Assembly: GCA_050292425.1 (NCBI GenBank)
Contig: JBNKLP010000005.1
Span: 1 to 63,640 of the forward strand
Reading direction: 5' to 3'
Length of the DNA stretch: 63,640 bases
Source: Candidatus Nanoarchaeia archaeon
Lineage (GTDB): Archaea > Nanobdellota > Nanobdellia > Woesearchaeales > UBA583
Part shown: one piece after another, positions 44,485 through 55,031 of the stretch
How the letters are laid out: every line of letters begins with the position of its first letter
Numbering within the stretch: the first letter of the stretch is position 1
Notes under the pieces: model-generated
The model's input: the letters and a program-made list of their open reading frames with translations, nothing else
Told to the model about the DNA's origin: nothing
The model's database searches: none
Made by a program: the position numbers and the translations under genes

Positions 44485-44528
44485 TTTTAATACGTATGTG
44501 AATTAATTAAAAAATTAATTAAAAAAAT

Positions 44529-44834
44529 TTAGAAAAGAGATCCTAGACCAGCTGAAGCATCAACTGCAGGAGCCTCTTCTTTCTTCTCCTCCTTTGCAGG
44601 AGCAGCATCAGCAGCAGGTGCACTTCCACCAGCAGCAGGAGCAGCAGCTACAGGAGCTACAGCACTTGAAGCAATAACTTCAGCTACATCTACTCCATCA
44701 AGAGCAGCAATCAAGGATTTAACCTTAGCAGCATCAGCATCAACACCAGCAGCCTTAAGAACTGCTGTCACATTTTTCTCATCTACGTCTTTTCCAGCTT
44801 TGTTTAAAAGCATTACAGCATAAATATATTCCAT
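44529..44834 (-). CDS. rpl12: Ribosomal stalk protein P1 (aP1 / L12e)
   Basis: MEYIYAVMLLNKAGK start, Ala/Pro hinge, C-terminal EE..DASAGLGSLF. Confidence 0.92.
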   Translation of the reverse strand: MEYIYAVMLLNKAGKDVDEKNVTAVLKAAGVDADAAKVKSLIAALDGVDVAEVIASSAVAPVAAAPAAGGSAPAADAAPAKEEKKEEAPAVDASAGLGSLF

Positions 44835-44878
44835 TTTTTATTTAGTTAATTTATTTTCTAAAACCTACATTAGGTTTT

Positions 44879-45883
44879 TTAGAAAAGTCCTCCAAGACCT
44901 GCTGAAGCATCAACTGGCTCTTCCTTCTTTTCCTCTTTTTTAGGCTCTTCATTAGCAGGAGCGCTTTGCGCCTCTGCAACTGGAGCTGCTGCACTAGCAA
45001 CACCAGCAGGCCTGATTTCCTCTGGCAAAGTATTAGCTACACCTGCCATTTGAGCATTTGCCTTTGAAACCAAATTTTTAATAGTTTCAGCAGCAGGGTA
45101 GGCAATACCTACACCAAGCCCAAGGGAATCCCTTGCTCCCTCTGCCAAAAACAATTGTACATTCTCAGCAGTTGGATACTTAAGTCCAATTGAAAGTCTA
45201 AAGCAATCAGATGCTGCACTCTTAAGATCATTAAGGATAGCATCTTCATCAACATCCAGAATATCTCTACCATACATTACTCCCTCTTCATATACAGCTT
45301 TAATATTCAAACCAACTTCCATCGGTTCAATACCAAGTCTTGATAAAATTCCAGCCAAAGGGCCAGAAATAACTTCACCTTCCTTAGCAACAACACAATC
45401 TTCCTTAACTTCAACCTTACCAGCATTAATACCTGCCTTAATCTTAAAAGCACCAAGCTCTCCAATAATTGGACCTGGAGCAAAGCTAGTAGGACCAGCA
45501 GGAACAGTGATGTCAGCAGGAGCCACAGCACCAGCCTTAGCAGGAGCAGATGACTTACTCTTCTTAACTGACTTGTACATTGTAAATGGATTATCATTTG
45601 TAAATACAAGACCTACAACACCACTCATCTTTGAAACTAGTTGAGTAATTCCCTTGTGTGATTTCTCAAGCTCACCTAAAACAAGCTCAATCAAATTTTT
45701 CTTAACAATAAGAACCTTAGCAGTCTTCTGAAGTGAAGCTCTAATTCTTTGGAACTGAGGTGCAGGCAAACCCTCTACATCAACAACACCAATAATCTTA
45801 TGCTCTTTTGCAAGCTTTCTAATCTTGTCCGCAAAAACCTTGTTTCTTGGATTGATTTTTGGTTTGTAACTTGTAGCAGCCAT
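44879..45883 (-). CDS. rpl10: Ribosomal protein uL10 (P0)
   Basis: Length of 334 aa, stalk-base region, and the same C-terminal KKEE..DASAGLGGLF peptide as P1. Confidence 0.92.
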   Translation of the reverse strand: MAATSYKPKINPRNKVFADKIRKLAKEHKIIGVVDVEGLPAPQFQRIRASLQKTAKVLIVKKNLIELVLGELEKSHKGITQLVSKMSGVVGLVFTNDNPFTMYKSVKKSKSSAPAKAGAVAPADITVPAGPTSFAPGPIIGELGAFKIKAGINAGKVEVKEDCVVAKEGEVISGPLAGILSRLGIEPMEVGLNIKAVYEEGVMYGRDILDVDEDAILNDLKSAASDCFRLSIGLKYPTAENVQLFLAEGARDSLGLGVGIAYPAAETIKNLVSKANAQMAGVANTLPEEIRPAGVASAAAPVAEAQSAPANEEPKKEEKKEEPVDASAGLGGLF

Positions 45884-45884
45884 T

Positions 45885-46535
45885 TTATAGCACCACCAAC
45901 TTACTCATAGTAAGTTTAATTCCAACATCCTTAATGTTATGCTCATGATTTGGAAGCGCATGAATCAAAGCATCATGAATTGCCTTGATATTATGAGCCA
46001 CCACATCATCGCTCTCCTTCTCAGAACCAATTGAGGCCTGAAGAACCAAGTTTTTCTTAGTCTGCAGGTGAACTGTCTTCTGAAGCTTATCATAAAGCTC
46101 TTTAAGAGGAGTCTTTGGTGAAATAACCATTCCTAACTTTGGTGAAGGCATCTTACCCATAGGACCTAAGTACCTACCCAGAATCTGTGCAAAAAGAGGC
46201 ATGTGATTAGCTTGAACAACAAACTTGTCAAATTCATGTGTAATCTTTCTGATCTCTTTCATATTACCTTTAAGTGCAGCAAGCTCATCATTATAGATAA
46301 CCTTGTCAAATACTTTCTCAGCATCTGCAACACCATGATCGATAATAGCACAAATCTTTAGTTTTTTGCCTTTAATAGGAGTAGAAATAGTAATTCCAAC
46401 ATCTACTTTGTGCTCAGGCTTCTTCAAATCCATGTTCTGCAGATTAACAACTAAGTCAAAAGTCTGCGCAAACTTTCTGGATTTAGAATTCTCCCTAAGC
46501 TCTTTGATTTTAGCAATAATTGCTTTTTCTTCCAT
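45885..46535 (-). CDS. rpl1: Ribosomal protein uL1
   Basis: FAQTFDLVVNL, GKKLKICAI, LGPMGKMPSPK motifs. 216 aa. Confidence 0.92.
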   Translation of the reverse strand: MEEKAIIAKIKELRENSKSRKFAQTFDLVVNLQNMDLKKPEHKVDVGITISTPIKGKKLKICAIIDHGVADAEKVFDKVIYNDELAALKGNMKEIRKITHEFDKFVVQANHMPLFAQILGRYLGPMGKMPSPKLGMVISPKTPLKELYDKLQKTVHLQTKKNLVLQASIGSEKESDDVVAHNIKAIHDALIHALPNHEHNIKDVGIKLTMSKLVVL

Positions 46536-46617
46536 TTATTTTCTCCTCCTATAACAGATGTTATAGTACATACAGAGTAGAACTGTATAAAAAAGTGAAG
46601 AATGAACTATTTATAAA
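46536..46617 (-). promoter_or_regulatory. uL1 operon promoter plus ~50-nt structured leader with a strong Shine-Dalgarno
   Basis: TTTATAAA at 46610-46617. Hairpins ATACAG-7nt-CTGTAT (46570-46588) and TATAAC-4nt-GTTATA (46550-46565). GGAGGAG (46543-46549) lies 7 nt before the ATG. Confidence 0.4.
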
Positions 46618-46662
46618 CTTTAAGTTTTCTATGCTAGATTAAAACCATAATGACACTCAATT

Positions 46663-47577
46663 TTAATTTCTGGAATCTTTTTCTGGCAAATCAATTGTCT
46701 CTGTAAATTTCAAATTATAATCATACTCAAAAGAACCACTAATAATTGTATTATAAAAACCTAAATTCTCATCTATGCTAACTTCACAAATCACAACAAA
46801 ATCGCCCACATTCTCATTTAAAACATATTCATCAACACTTTGAAATTTATCTCCTATCTCATAATATGGCTTACAACTTGAAGCAATATCATCTCTGGAA
46901 AATTCAAATTTTAAATTACTTAATTTAACACTCCCATCATCACCCATTTGCCTATTACCTTTGTCATCAAAATAAAAATTAAGTTCATAATTCCCTTTAC
47001 TCAAAGTTGGCTCAAGCTTTATCTTTGTAATCTGAACTGGGGCTGCCTGTTTAACATTTCCATCTACCTTAAACAAATCAGTTCCCATCTCATATGTGGT
47101 ATCTATAATTACATTGTTTGTAAATTCTGTTTTATAATTATAATTAATAAGAATTTCCAAATCAATATTTTCCAAATCTGCTTCTCTTAAAAAATCAGGA
47201 TTAATTTCCAAAACCCCTGAAACAATAATCTCTTCTCCATTTCTAATTATTCTTTCATTATTCTCTTCAAAAATCTTTGAATAAAAACTATTTATGGACT
47301 CAGAAGTTATTATCTCTCCACTGCTCCAATCCTGTTTTGTTCTAATCTTAAAATTATCTCCTCTAACCAACTCAACTGGATTTTTTCCAGAATTCTCCAA
47401 AGTCAACTTATAAGCAATTTTTCCTACTGAAATTCTATTATCATCAATTTGAAAATCTACCTCCAACCCCCTACCATTAACAATTTCTGAATCAGACCCT
47501 TGTTTTACATTACTACTCGCACACCCAGAAAAAAACAAAACTCCAATCAGAAACAAAATCGCATAAACTTTTTTCAT
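46663..47577 (-). CDS. Lipoprotein-like secreted protein (304 aa)
   Basis: Signal peptide with a lipobox-like LFFSGC. Confidence 0.5.
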   Translation of the reverse strand: MKKVYAILFLIGVLFFSGCASSNVKQGSDSEIVNGRGLEVDFQIDDNRISVGKIAYKLTLENSGKNPVELVRGDNFKIRTKQDWSSGEIITSESINSFYSKIFEENNERIIRNGEEIIVSGVLEINPDFLREADLENIDLEILINYNYKTEFTNNVIIDTTYEMGTDLFKVDGNVKQAAPVQITKIKLEPTLSKGNYELNFYFDDKGNRQMGDDGSVKLSNLKFEFSRDDIASSCKPYYEIGDKFQSVDEYVLNENVGDFVVICEVSIDENLGFYNTIISGSFEYDYNLKFTETIDLPEKDSRN

Positions 47578-47734
47578 AAACTAAAAATCACGTCCTTCCT
47601 TTATATAATTTACTAATCTCCCAATTATAACAACTTAATGGCTAAAACAAGTATTTATACTTTTTGAATTTATTCAAATTGTCTAATAATTGGTGAAGAC
47701 AATTATTTATAAAAGAGAATAACAAGAAACTTTT

Positions 47735-48352
47735 ATGTTCGAACTAGAGATGATAAATCTTCTAAACAAATTAAAAAATTCTTCTGAAGATAAAATCGAA
47801 GAAATAAAAAAATCATTATCTGAATTAATCTCTAAAAACAAAGAAGAATACGAAAAATTTTTCTCAAAAGAAGCATCAACATTCAATCAGCAAACACTAG
47901 ACATCCTAAAAGAATGTGAAGCTAAATCCTTAGAAAAAACAGAAGAAAAAAATCCTCAAACTCAAGTAAATGAAAATTCCCCAGACTCAGACATAATAAA
48001 AAAACAATACGAAAAATGGCTTGAAATTTATACAAAAAATAACAAACAAATAACTGATGAAAATACAAAAATAATTGATGACATAATCAACTATTACATA
48101 GATAGCAAATTTGAAGTAATAACTCAAATCTTAACAATAAAAAGTACAATGGATTATGAAGATTTCAAATGGCATCTAAAAAATAAAATAAGAGCTCACT
48201 TTGCAACAAAAATTGAAGAATATTTGAACACAACCTATCCTCAACTATCATTTTTTGATAAATTCAAAAAGAAAAAACAAATTGTAAGATTAACAAACAA
48301 AATTGGAAAATATGAATTTGATATAAAAAACATTGAAGAGGTTTTAAAATGA
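47735..48352 (+). CDS. Hypothetical charged/coiled protein (205 aa)
   Basis: ORF. 4-nt overlap (ATGA) with the next gene. Confidence 0.4.
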   Translation: MFELEMINLLNKLKNSSEDKIEEIKKSLSELISKNKEEYEKFFSKEASTFNQQTLDILKECEAKSLEKTEEKNPQTQVNENSPDSDIIKKQYEKWLEIYTKNNKQITDENTKIIDDIINYYIDSKFEVITQILTIKSTMDYEDFKWHLKNKIRAHFATKIEEYLNTTYPQLSFFDKFKKKKQIVRLTNKIGKYEFDIKNIEEVLK

Positions 48353-49923
48353 GTAATGAAGGGAAAAAAATTCTAGGAGCAATTAAAGCTACTAAAATTG
48401 CACTTTCTAAAATGCAAGAAAAAACAACTCAGACTACTCCCTCTAACCAAAAAGTTCACACTTTCCCCATTACTATAATATTCTCAGTCATATATTTTCC
48501 TGCCATTGTTTGGTGGTTTCTCAATTATCCATTTTTTTTATTTGAAGAATTCCTAAAAATCATAACTCTAGGACTATCATTTTTTGAATCAAATGGATTG
48601 GTTTTGTGGTTATTTCCTTCTGCAGCCTACATCGCAGTTATTTCATCCTTAACTGCAATACTAATATATGGCAACATTTTCATTTTACAACCACTATTGT
48701 TCATGTTCAAAGAAAATCTTATGGGAAAAACAATAACTCTGCAATTCAAAATATTAGCTTTATTGTTAATCCCCTTAATAATAACATTTGCTGCTAATGA
48801 AAATGGAAATACATTAAGCGAGGATAGTGAAATATTTATACAAAAATCTAACTCAACATGGAACAACATGATTGAATCAATATCTTGTTCATTCAATCCG
48901 GAATGCGTACTAAAAACAAAAAATCAAGTCACAGCAACAAATACCCAAAGAGAAGAATACTCAATAGCTCTAATTAAACCAGATGACACTTTGTGGAACA
49001 TTGAAGATCTTAAAGAATATGGATTGCCAATAAGATACAAAATTCTCAGTGTTGGAGGAGGAATATACGTAGATAAACTTGAATGTTACAAAGATTCAAC
49101 AACAAAATCATCAAACTTACTTGACACAGTTGAAATTCAAGAAAGAATATACCATGACACTGCAAAAGAAGTCTCATACACATGTAATATGGAAAATCTG
49201 CAAAGTAAGAAAAAAGTTGATGATAATGTAAGAATTATTCCTGTGCTTTATTTAAGTGTTGATACAACATACACTCAAGAAATTCCTATTGTTAACATAG
49301 ACAAATTTCTTGAATCACATCCTGATATGAAAAAAGACCATATTCAGGAAATAAAAAACAAAATCTCAGATGAGTATTATAATTATGACTTTCTTCAATC
49401 AACTGATGCAATGGACACAAAAATATCAACAATTCCTGAATTTCCTGTATTTTATTCTGAGAACTATGAAACTAATCAACAATATAGAATTGCACTGACT
49501 TTTAAAGAAACAAGTAATACATTTGGAGAGTTAAATAAAAGTATAGTGACAGAAATTATTCCTCCTAAATCTTTATCATTCAATGCAAATTTCAATACTC
49601 CTCAGGAACTTAACACCCATAAAGAAATTTCAGTTCTACGATTTACATTAGATTCACAAAATATCCAGATGAATGAACTTGACAAAGAAGAATTTTTAAT
49701 AGTAAAAGCAACATCAACATTCAAAAGAAAATCAAGTTCAATAACATTTACCCTAATTGACGATAATTATCAAGAAAGTGCTCCTTTGACACCAATTAAT
49801 ACAGAACAAACTTCAACAGATTCATCAACTCAGACAACACAAGAGCAAACTACTACAATTCCAGAAGAAACAACTAATGAAGGAAGTTTACTAGATGGAG
49901 AAGGAACTAATTCTGGTCCTTAA
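48349..49923 (+). CDS. Multi-TM protein with a large extracytoplasmic domain and a Thr/Gln/Glu-rich tail (524 aa)
   Basis: About four N-terminal TM segments. The C-terminal tail is NTEQTSTDSSTQTTQEQTTTIPEETTNEG. Confidence 0.5.
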   Translation: MSNEGKKILGAIKATKIALSKMQEKTTQTTPSNQKVHTFPITIIFSVIYFPAIVWWFLNYPFFLFEEFLKIITLGLSFFESNGLVLWLFPSAAYIAVISSLTAILIYGNIFILQPLLFMFKENLMGKTITLQFKILALLLIPLIITFAANENGNTLSEDSEIFIQKSNSTWNNMIESISCSFNPECVLKTKNQVTATNTQREEYSIALIKPDDTLWNIEDLKEYGLPIRYKILSVGGGIYVDKLECYKDSTTKSSNLLDTVEIQERIYHDTAKEVSYTCNMENLQSKKKVDDNVRIIPVLYLSVDTTYTQEIPIVNIDKFLESHPDMKKDHIQEIKNKISDEYYNYDFLQSTDAMDTKISTIPEFPVFYSENYETNQQYRIALTFKETSNTFGELNKSIVTEIIPPKSLSFNANFNTPQELNTHKEISVLRFTLDSQNIQMNELDKEEFLIVKATSTFKRKSSSITFTLIDDNYQESAPLTPINTEQTSTDSSTQTTQEQTTTIPEETTNEGSLLDGEGTNSGP

Positions 49924-51085
49924 GTTTTTCATCGACTCTTCTTTTAAATTCATCAAAATCCTCTGAAGAGATTATGCATCCTGCAGCATACATATGCCCA
50001 CCTCCCCTTCCATTAAGTCCATTCACACTTTCCTGAATCAACTCATTCACATCAAAATTCCTGCCTCTAAAACTACATGAAACAAACGGCTTTCCTGATT
50101 TCTTATATGCACTAAAAACAACTTTGCACTCTTTAACTCTATACATTAATTCCTCAGAGATTTGTCTGTTAAAACTAATTACCGTATCTTCATGAAAAGC
50201 ATAAACATATTCTCCTTTTGCTTTCTTTGAGAGTTCCTTGTAAACTTTCTTATACTCATCCATAACTAAAGAAAACTTTTCAAAATACTTACTCTTCCCT
50301 TCAACAAGTTCTCCTTTAAATTCAGCAGGAGATAACTTCTCAATATTTTTCAAAGCGCCAATTGCAAAATCCTCATCCTTTTCAAATTTGAAAATCAAAT
50401 CAAAATAATACTTAAACAAAATCAAACCTCCCTCATAACTCAAAAAATGTATGTACTCAGCTCTCTTCTGATTCACACTATAATCATCAAAAGTATAATT
50501 ATCTAAAAAAGCAAAAATCTCCTTCCTCTTCTCGTCTGTTATGTTAAACAAAACCCTAAACAAACTCCTATCATATTCATACAACTCTCTCAAAACATCA
50601 AGCAAATAAAAATCTGCAACAGATGCCATTGCTACATAAAAAAGATTTTCTTTTTTATCAGCAATTCTATAAGCCCAGTAAGAAGAACACCTGTTATCAT
50701 TTTCATTAAACCAAAGTGGATTTAATCCTACAAAATTCTCTGAATCACAAAACTCTCTCATCCCAAAATCATTATGATGATCAACCCAAATAACTTTCCT
50801 ATCTCCTATCTTCTCAATTAACTCTTTTTTTACAAAAGGAGTATCAAAAAAAATCACCAAATCTGTCTTCTTCTCAATTTCCTCAGCCCCTCTTGCTTGA
50901 GATTCATCATCTTTACTCAAAGGAAACCCTTTTTTTATATGTGGAAAAGCCTCTCGAAGTTGCAAAAAAGAACAACTTCCATCAGTATCAGTATCAAAAA
51001 ACATTAAAGGTCTCTTAGAATTTGAAATCAACTCCCTTATCTTCAAAATTCTACTCTCAACCTTATTCATAAAAATACTCCTCAA
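49907..51085 (-). CDS. DHH/DHHA1-family phosphoesterase (RecJ-like)
   Basis: DTDTDGS (motif I), VDHHND (DHH motif), GGGHMYAAG (DHHA1). Confidence 0.8.
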   Translation of the reverse strand: MRSIFMNKVESRILKIRELISNSKRPLMFFDTDTDGSCSFLQLREAFPHIKKGFPLSKDDESQARGAEEIEKKTDLVIFFDTPFVKKELIEKIGDRKVIWVDHHNDFGMREFCDSENFVGLNPLWFNENDNRCSSYWAYRIADKKENLFYVAMASVADFYLLDVLRELYEYDRSLFRVLFNITDEKRKEIFAFLDNYTFDDYSVNQKRAEYIHFLSYEGGLILFKYYFDLIFKFEKDEDFAIGALKNIEKLSPAEFKGELVEGKSKYFEKFSLVMDEYKKVYKELSKKAKGEYVYAFHEDTVISFNRQISEELMYRVKECKVVFSAYKKSGKPFVSCSFRGRNFDVNELIQESVNGLNGRGGGHMYAAGCIISSEDFDEFKRRVDEKLKDQN

Positions 51086-51099
51086 TTCTTATTTATAAA

Positions 51100-51978
51100 T
51101 CAAACTATACTTACCTGAAGAGAATAAAACAAAAACAAACCAAAATCAGCAGCAAAATGAAGAGCTACTGCATAAAAAAAATTTCCAGAATATTTCTTGC
51201 CATTAAAAGAATACAAATGAAGTGCAGTAGTCATAAACAAAAACAAAAACACATAATAAAGTACAATGAAAAGCAAATACCAATCACTAAAATACACATA
51301 ATAATGCTCTACCAGAATCTGAAATCTAAGTAAATGAAACATCACAAAAATAATGGAAGTTTGAAAATATGCATCATACTTTGATGTGAGATTCTTATAT
51401 GAATTAAACAAAAAACCACTAAAAATCATCTGCTCAGCAATCGCAATCATAAATGAACTAAAAAACAAAAAATTAAGCAAACCAATCAAATCTCCACTTG
51501 AAAACAGATCAATAATAAATGTTGGAACTGGCTCTTTAATCAAAAAAAACAAAAAACCAAAAAAAATTCCCAAAAGCAGAATTGCCAAAAATAAAAATAA
51601 ATCAAACTTCTTAATTCCACCAAGAAATGTCTTATGATTCCCACTAAACACCAAAAAAACATAAGAAATGAAAATCGTATAAAACAAAATATACAAATAA
51701 CTATCCATTCCAAAAAACTTCGAAAGATAATCTGCAACCACAGGATACATAAAATAAAAGAAAATAAACAAATTTGTAACAATCAACTGCTTTGAAAGAT
51801 TCTTTGATCTTTTAAAAAAAAAATAAGAAACAATAAAAGTAAAAATTATATTAAAATAAAAAAAATAACTAAGTGACCAATCATAAAAAAAAGTTATGAT
51901 TACAAGTAAAACCATAAAAAAGTTAATCAGAAAAACAGATTTTTTTTCAATATCAAAAACCGACTTTACCTTAAACAT
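51100..51978 (-). CDS. CPBP-family intramembrane protease-like protein
   Basis: Polytopic. AEQMIFSGFLF (degenerate EExxxR), FVMFHL (FxxxH), LHFAADF (HxxxD/N). Confidence 0.5.
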   Translation of the reverse strand: MFKVKSVFDIEKKSVFLINFFMVLLVIITFFYDWSLSYFFYFNIIFTFIVSYFFFKRSKNLSKQLIVTNLFIFFYFMYPVVADYLSKFFGMDSYLYILFYTIFISYVFLVFSGNHKTFLGGIKKFDLFLFLAILLLGIFFGFLFFLIKEPVPTFIIDLFSSGDLIGLLNFLFFSSFMIAIAEQMIFSGFLFNSYKNLTSKYDAYFQTSIIFVMFHLLRFQILVEHYYVYFSDWYLLFIVLYYVFLFLFMTTALHLYSFNGKKYSGNFFYAVALHFAADFGLFLFYSLQVSIV

Positions 51979-52030
51979 ACATTTTAGTTACAAAAAAAGT
52001 TTATAAACCTTTTTCATTCTGAAAACATAA

Positions 52031-53968
52031 ATGGATCAGGAACACTTCTACAAAACCGAGCAAATCAGCAAAAAAGTTTTGATTCAGATATATTTCATAT
52101 TCTTCATATTTCTTAACATAATTGATTTTTTGAACATAATAGATGGAGATCTTGATTTTTTCAAAAAACTCCTATCTTGGACAATAATTGGATACATATT
52201 CTATCACGTAAGCTTCACAAAAATCTTCATCAATCAAAAACACAAAATCTATGACCTCTTATACATAATTGCATTCTCCTTGATTGCAATCCCAAAAGCA
52301 CTCATAATATATGCAAAAAATGCTAACATTGAAAAATATTCCATATTTGGTTTTATTCTCGAACAACTCAAAAATCTAGATGCAAATTACTTTGTAATTT
52401 TAACTCTAACTGCAGGAATATTACTTACAATTATAATCTCAATCTCTCTTCTTGCGAACTTCAAAGCATCCCATAACTCATTAATTGGATCACTTGAATT
52501 AAAGGAAGGATACTTTAAATATTTATTTGAACATATTGGTTTAACAATATATTCTTTGTTTTTTGGACTAATAATATTCAACTTTTTTATGGAATGGTTT
52601 GCTCTTGCAGTTGACTCAATAATTTTAGTGATAGGATTAATATATTATATATTCATCTACATTCATGACCATACAAAATCAAAAATCTCCGAATACTTTA
52701 GAGATGTAAGCAATACTGGAAATAATTTTTATCAAAATTTAATAATACTATTTTCACACAAAAAAACAATTTTTATAGGAGCATCATTCATATTGACCCT
52801 TCATCTTTTAGTGGATGCTGGTGTATATATGATTCCATATACAATTGGAACTCAAAACACACTTTATTTTGAAAACTTAAACAATGCAGGCACTGACCAC
52901 ACCCCTCTGATAAATCTTCAAGATGTTTCAAACTCCCAATTATTTCATGACTTTTCAAATGCAAGCACAGATTTTTTTTTGAATTTAGGAATTATGCTCA
53001 TATACTTTACAACAATAACTTTGTTTTTCATGCTTCTAATAAGTCCATTTTATATTTTTTACAAAAACACAAAAAAAGAGAAAATAACCATAAATAAAAC
53101 TTTGGGAGTAATATTTCTAACATCAATTGTTGTATTCTCAGCAGTAACCCTTCTCCCAAACATAAAAACACCAATTCAAATTGGACTGCCTCAGCAAGGC
53201 TCATCAATAAATGGAGTTGATCTATACACTACAAACATAATAACAATTTATTACGATGAAGTTCTTTTCAGTATAATCATATTCCTACTTACAACCTTGA
53301 TTTTAATTACAACATATGACAAGTTCCAACAATTCTATGAAAAAACAATGCTATTTCTTATCTTAATGTTCTTTCTCTTGTACATTTGCATATTCTTCAT
53401 CAGTTCTGTTCAATATGAATATAAAAATCTCAAACAAACAGCAACTCAAAATGAAGTCCAAAACAAACTATATTCAATTCTTGACGAATACAACTATGAT
53501 TCATTAAATTCAATATTTGAAACAACTAATTTAAAATCAAGAAGAACATATTCTGAAAACTTAGATGGAAACATACTAACGTACTCTCTCTTCATAGACA
53601 AACCTAATGAAAACACTCAACTTGCATTCATAAAAGCTCAATTGGAAACAAAAGAAAAATCCCAAATAAACTTCAAAGATGAGCACTATCTATTCCTTGA
53701 AAACATTGAAAACAAAGATTCAGACACAATAACATTCATTTATTTAATTGGAGGCTCAGAAATAAATCAAATCAAACAACTAGACAAACAATTAATAGAG
53801 CAAAGACTCTTCTTAGATAAAAATTCATCTGAAGACAACAACATTCTTAAAAATATAATTCAATCAATCAGACTTATTTACACATCATTATTCTACATAT
53901 TCTCAAGCATTAGTTTCATTGGATTTTATTTTAAAAAAAATTTACTTGGAAACAACCAAAATTTGTGA
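52031..53968 (+). CDS. Large polytopic membrane protein (645 aa), function unknown
   Basis: More than 10 hydrophobic segments, plus a soluble insert at about aa 460-600. Confidence 0.5.
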   Translation: MDQEHFYKTEQISKKVLIQIYFIFFIFLNIIDFLNIIDGDLDFFKKLLSWTIIGYIFYHVSFTKIFINQKHKIYDLLYIIAFSLIAIPKALIIYAKNANIEKYSIFGFILEQLKNLDANYFVILTLTAGILLTIIISISLLANFKASHNSLIGSLELKEGYFKYLFEHIGLTIYSLFFGLIIFNFFMEWFALAVDSIILVIGLIYYIFIYIHDHTKSKISEYFRDVSNTGNNFYQNLIILFSHKKTIFIGASFILTLHLLVDAGVYMIPYTIGTQNTLYFENLNNAGTDHTPLINLQDVSNSQLFHDFSNASTDFFLNLGIMLIYFTTITLFFMLLISPFYIFYKNTKKEKITINKTLGVIFLTSIVVFSAVTLLPNIKTPIQIGLPQQGSSINGVDLYTTNIITIYYDEVLFSIIIFLLTTLILITTYDKFQQFYEKTMLFLILMFFLLYICIFFISSVQYEYKNLKQTATQNEVQNKLYSILDEYNYDSLNSIFETTNLKSRRTYSENLDGNILTYSLFIDKPNENTQLAFIKAQLETKEKSQINFKDEHYLFLENIENKDSDTITFIYLIGGSEINQIKQLDKQLIEQRLFLDKNSSEDNNILKNIIQSIRLIYTSLFYIFSSISFIGFYFKKNLLGNNQNL

Positions 53969-54004
53969 AGCTTTATTAATAAATATAAACTTCCTATATA
54001 TAGA

Positions 54005-54679
54005 ATGAGCGAAAAAAAAGTTGTATTAATGGAATTTGAATCAAACCCAAATATTGGATTGTATATGTTTGCAAACGATAAATTTGCAATAATTGGAAAA
54101 GAGATCGACAAAAAAAAACAAGAAGAAATTCAAAGCGTTCTAAACGTTCCTCTCTACAAAACAACAGTACTTGGAACTGATCTTATAGGTGTATTTGTTG
54201 CTGGAAATAATGAAATGCTTATCATTCCTCAAATGTATGATTATGAACTTGAAGTATTCAAAAAAATTGCAAAAGAAACAGACATGAAATTAATTGAATT
54301 AAACACAATTCAAAATACTCTTGGAAACAACCTATGTATTGGAAAAGATAAAATACTATTCAATCCACAATACGACAAGAAATTTCAAAAACAACTTCAA
54401 ACAAAAACTGGTTGCAACATAATTCCAGTAGGAACAAAAGAGCTTCCATCAACTGGAGCAATCTGTAAATACACAAACTCAAAATTTTATATATCACAAG
54501 AACTATCTGAAGAAGACGTAAAAGATTTTATTGAAGAAATAGGTGGCATTGGAACAGTAAATTCAGGAAGTAATTTCATTGCATCAGGAATAATTTCAAA
54601 TAAAAATGGAATAATTTTAGGTTCAGCATCTTCTACTATAGAAATACAGAACATTGTTGAATCCTTGGATTATTTATAA
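54005..54679 (+). CDS. eif6: Translation initiation factor 6 (aIF6)
   Basis: FESNPNIGLYMFANDKFAIIG, with five-fold pseudo-repeats ending in G[ST] motifs. 224 aa. Confidence 0.88.
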   Translation: MSEKKVVLMEFESNPNIGLYMFANDKFAIIGKEIDKKKQEEIQSVLNVPLYKTTVLGTDLIGVFVAGNNEMLIIPQMYDYELEVFKKIAKETDMKLIELNTIQNTLGNNLCIGKDKILFNPQYDKKFQKQLQTKTGCNIIPVGTKELPSTGAICKYTNSKFYISQELSEEDVKDFIEEIGGIGTVNSGSNFIASGIISNKNGIILGSASSTIEIQNIVESLDYL

Positions 54680-54731
54680 CCATTTTAAAAAAATAACAAA
54701 ATTATTTAAAAGATAAATTTGCAAATCAACT

Positions 54732-55031
54732 ATGATTCCAGCACTATATTTTGGGATAGGATTTGTAATCTACGTTGGATTTTGTCTTTTCACATTCGAC
54801 ATATATTCAAAAAAAAAAGAAATAACAAAATCATTTGTTCTTGGAATGATCTATGCATACTATAGCATTTTAGCAGTGTACACAATAAATTTGGTAGAAA
54901 CAAACAACTCCAACGTTGATGTTATAATTCAGGCATTGATTTATCTAATTGCATGTGCTCTAATTCTTGTACATCACTATAACTCGGTAATCAAGAAAAA
55001 AGATGATGAAATGTATGAGAATAATTTTTAA
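54732..55031 (+). CDS. Small three-TM membrane protein (99 aa)
   Basis: ORF with hydrophobic segments. Confidence 0.4.
   Translation: MIPALYFGIGFVIYVGFCLFTFDIYSKKKEITKSFVLGMIYAYYSILAVYTINLVETNNSNVDVIIQALIYLIACALILVHHYNSVIKKKDDEMYENNF

Noticed and set aside
44860-44878. An 8-bp hairpin, AAAACCTA-CAT-TAGGTTTT, between the P0 and P1 genes.
   Set aside because: Stems of this length are expected several times by chance in the window. It is noted but not called as a regulatory element.
45307-45609. A 100-aa ORF in an alternative frame inside the uL10 (P0) gene.
   Set aside because: It is a Leu-rich low-complexity translation of the alternative frame. uL10 is strongly supported.
52031-53968. The 645-aa polytopic membrane protein was considered as the oligosaccharyltransferase AglB, given the sequon-rich surface proteins.
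   Set aside because: No WWDYG-type motif or DxD loop pattern is seen.
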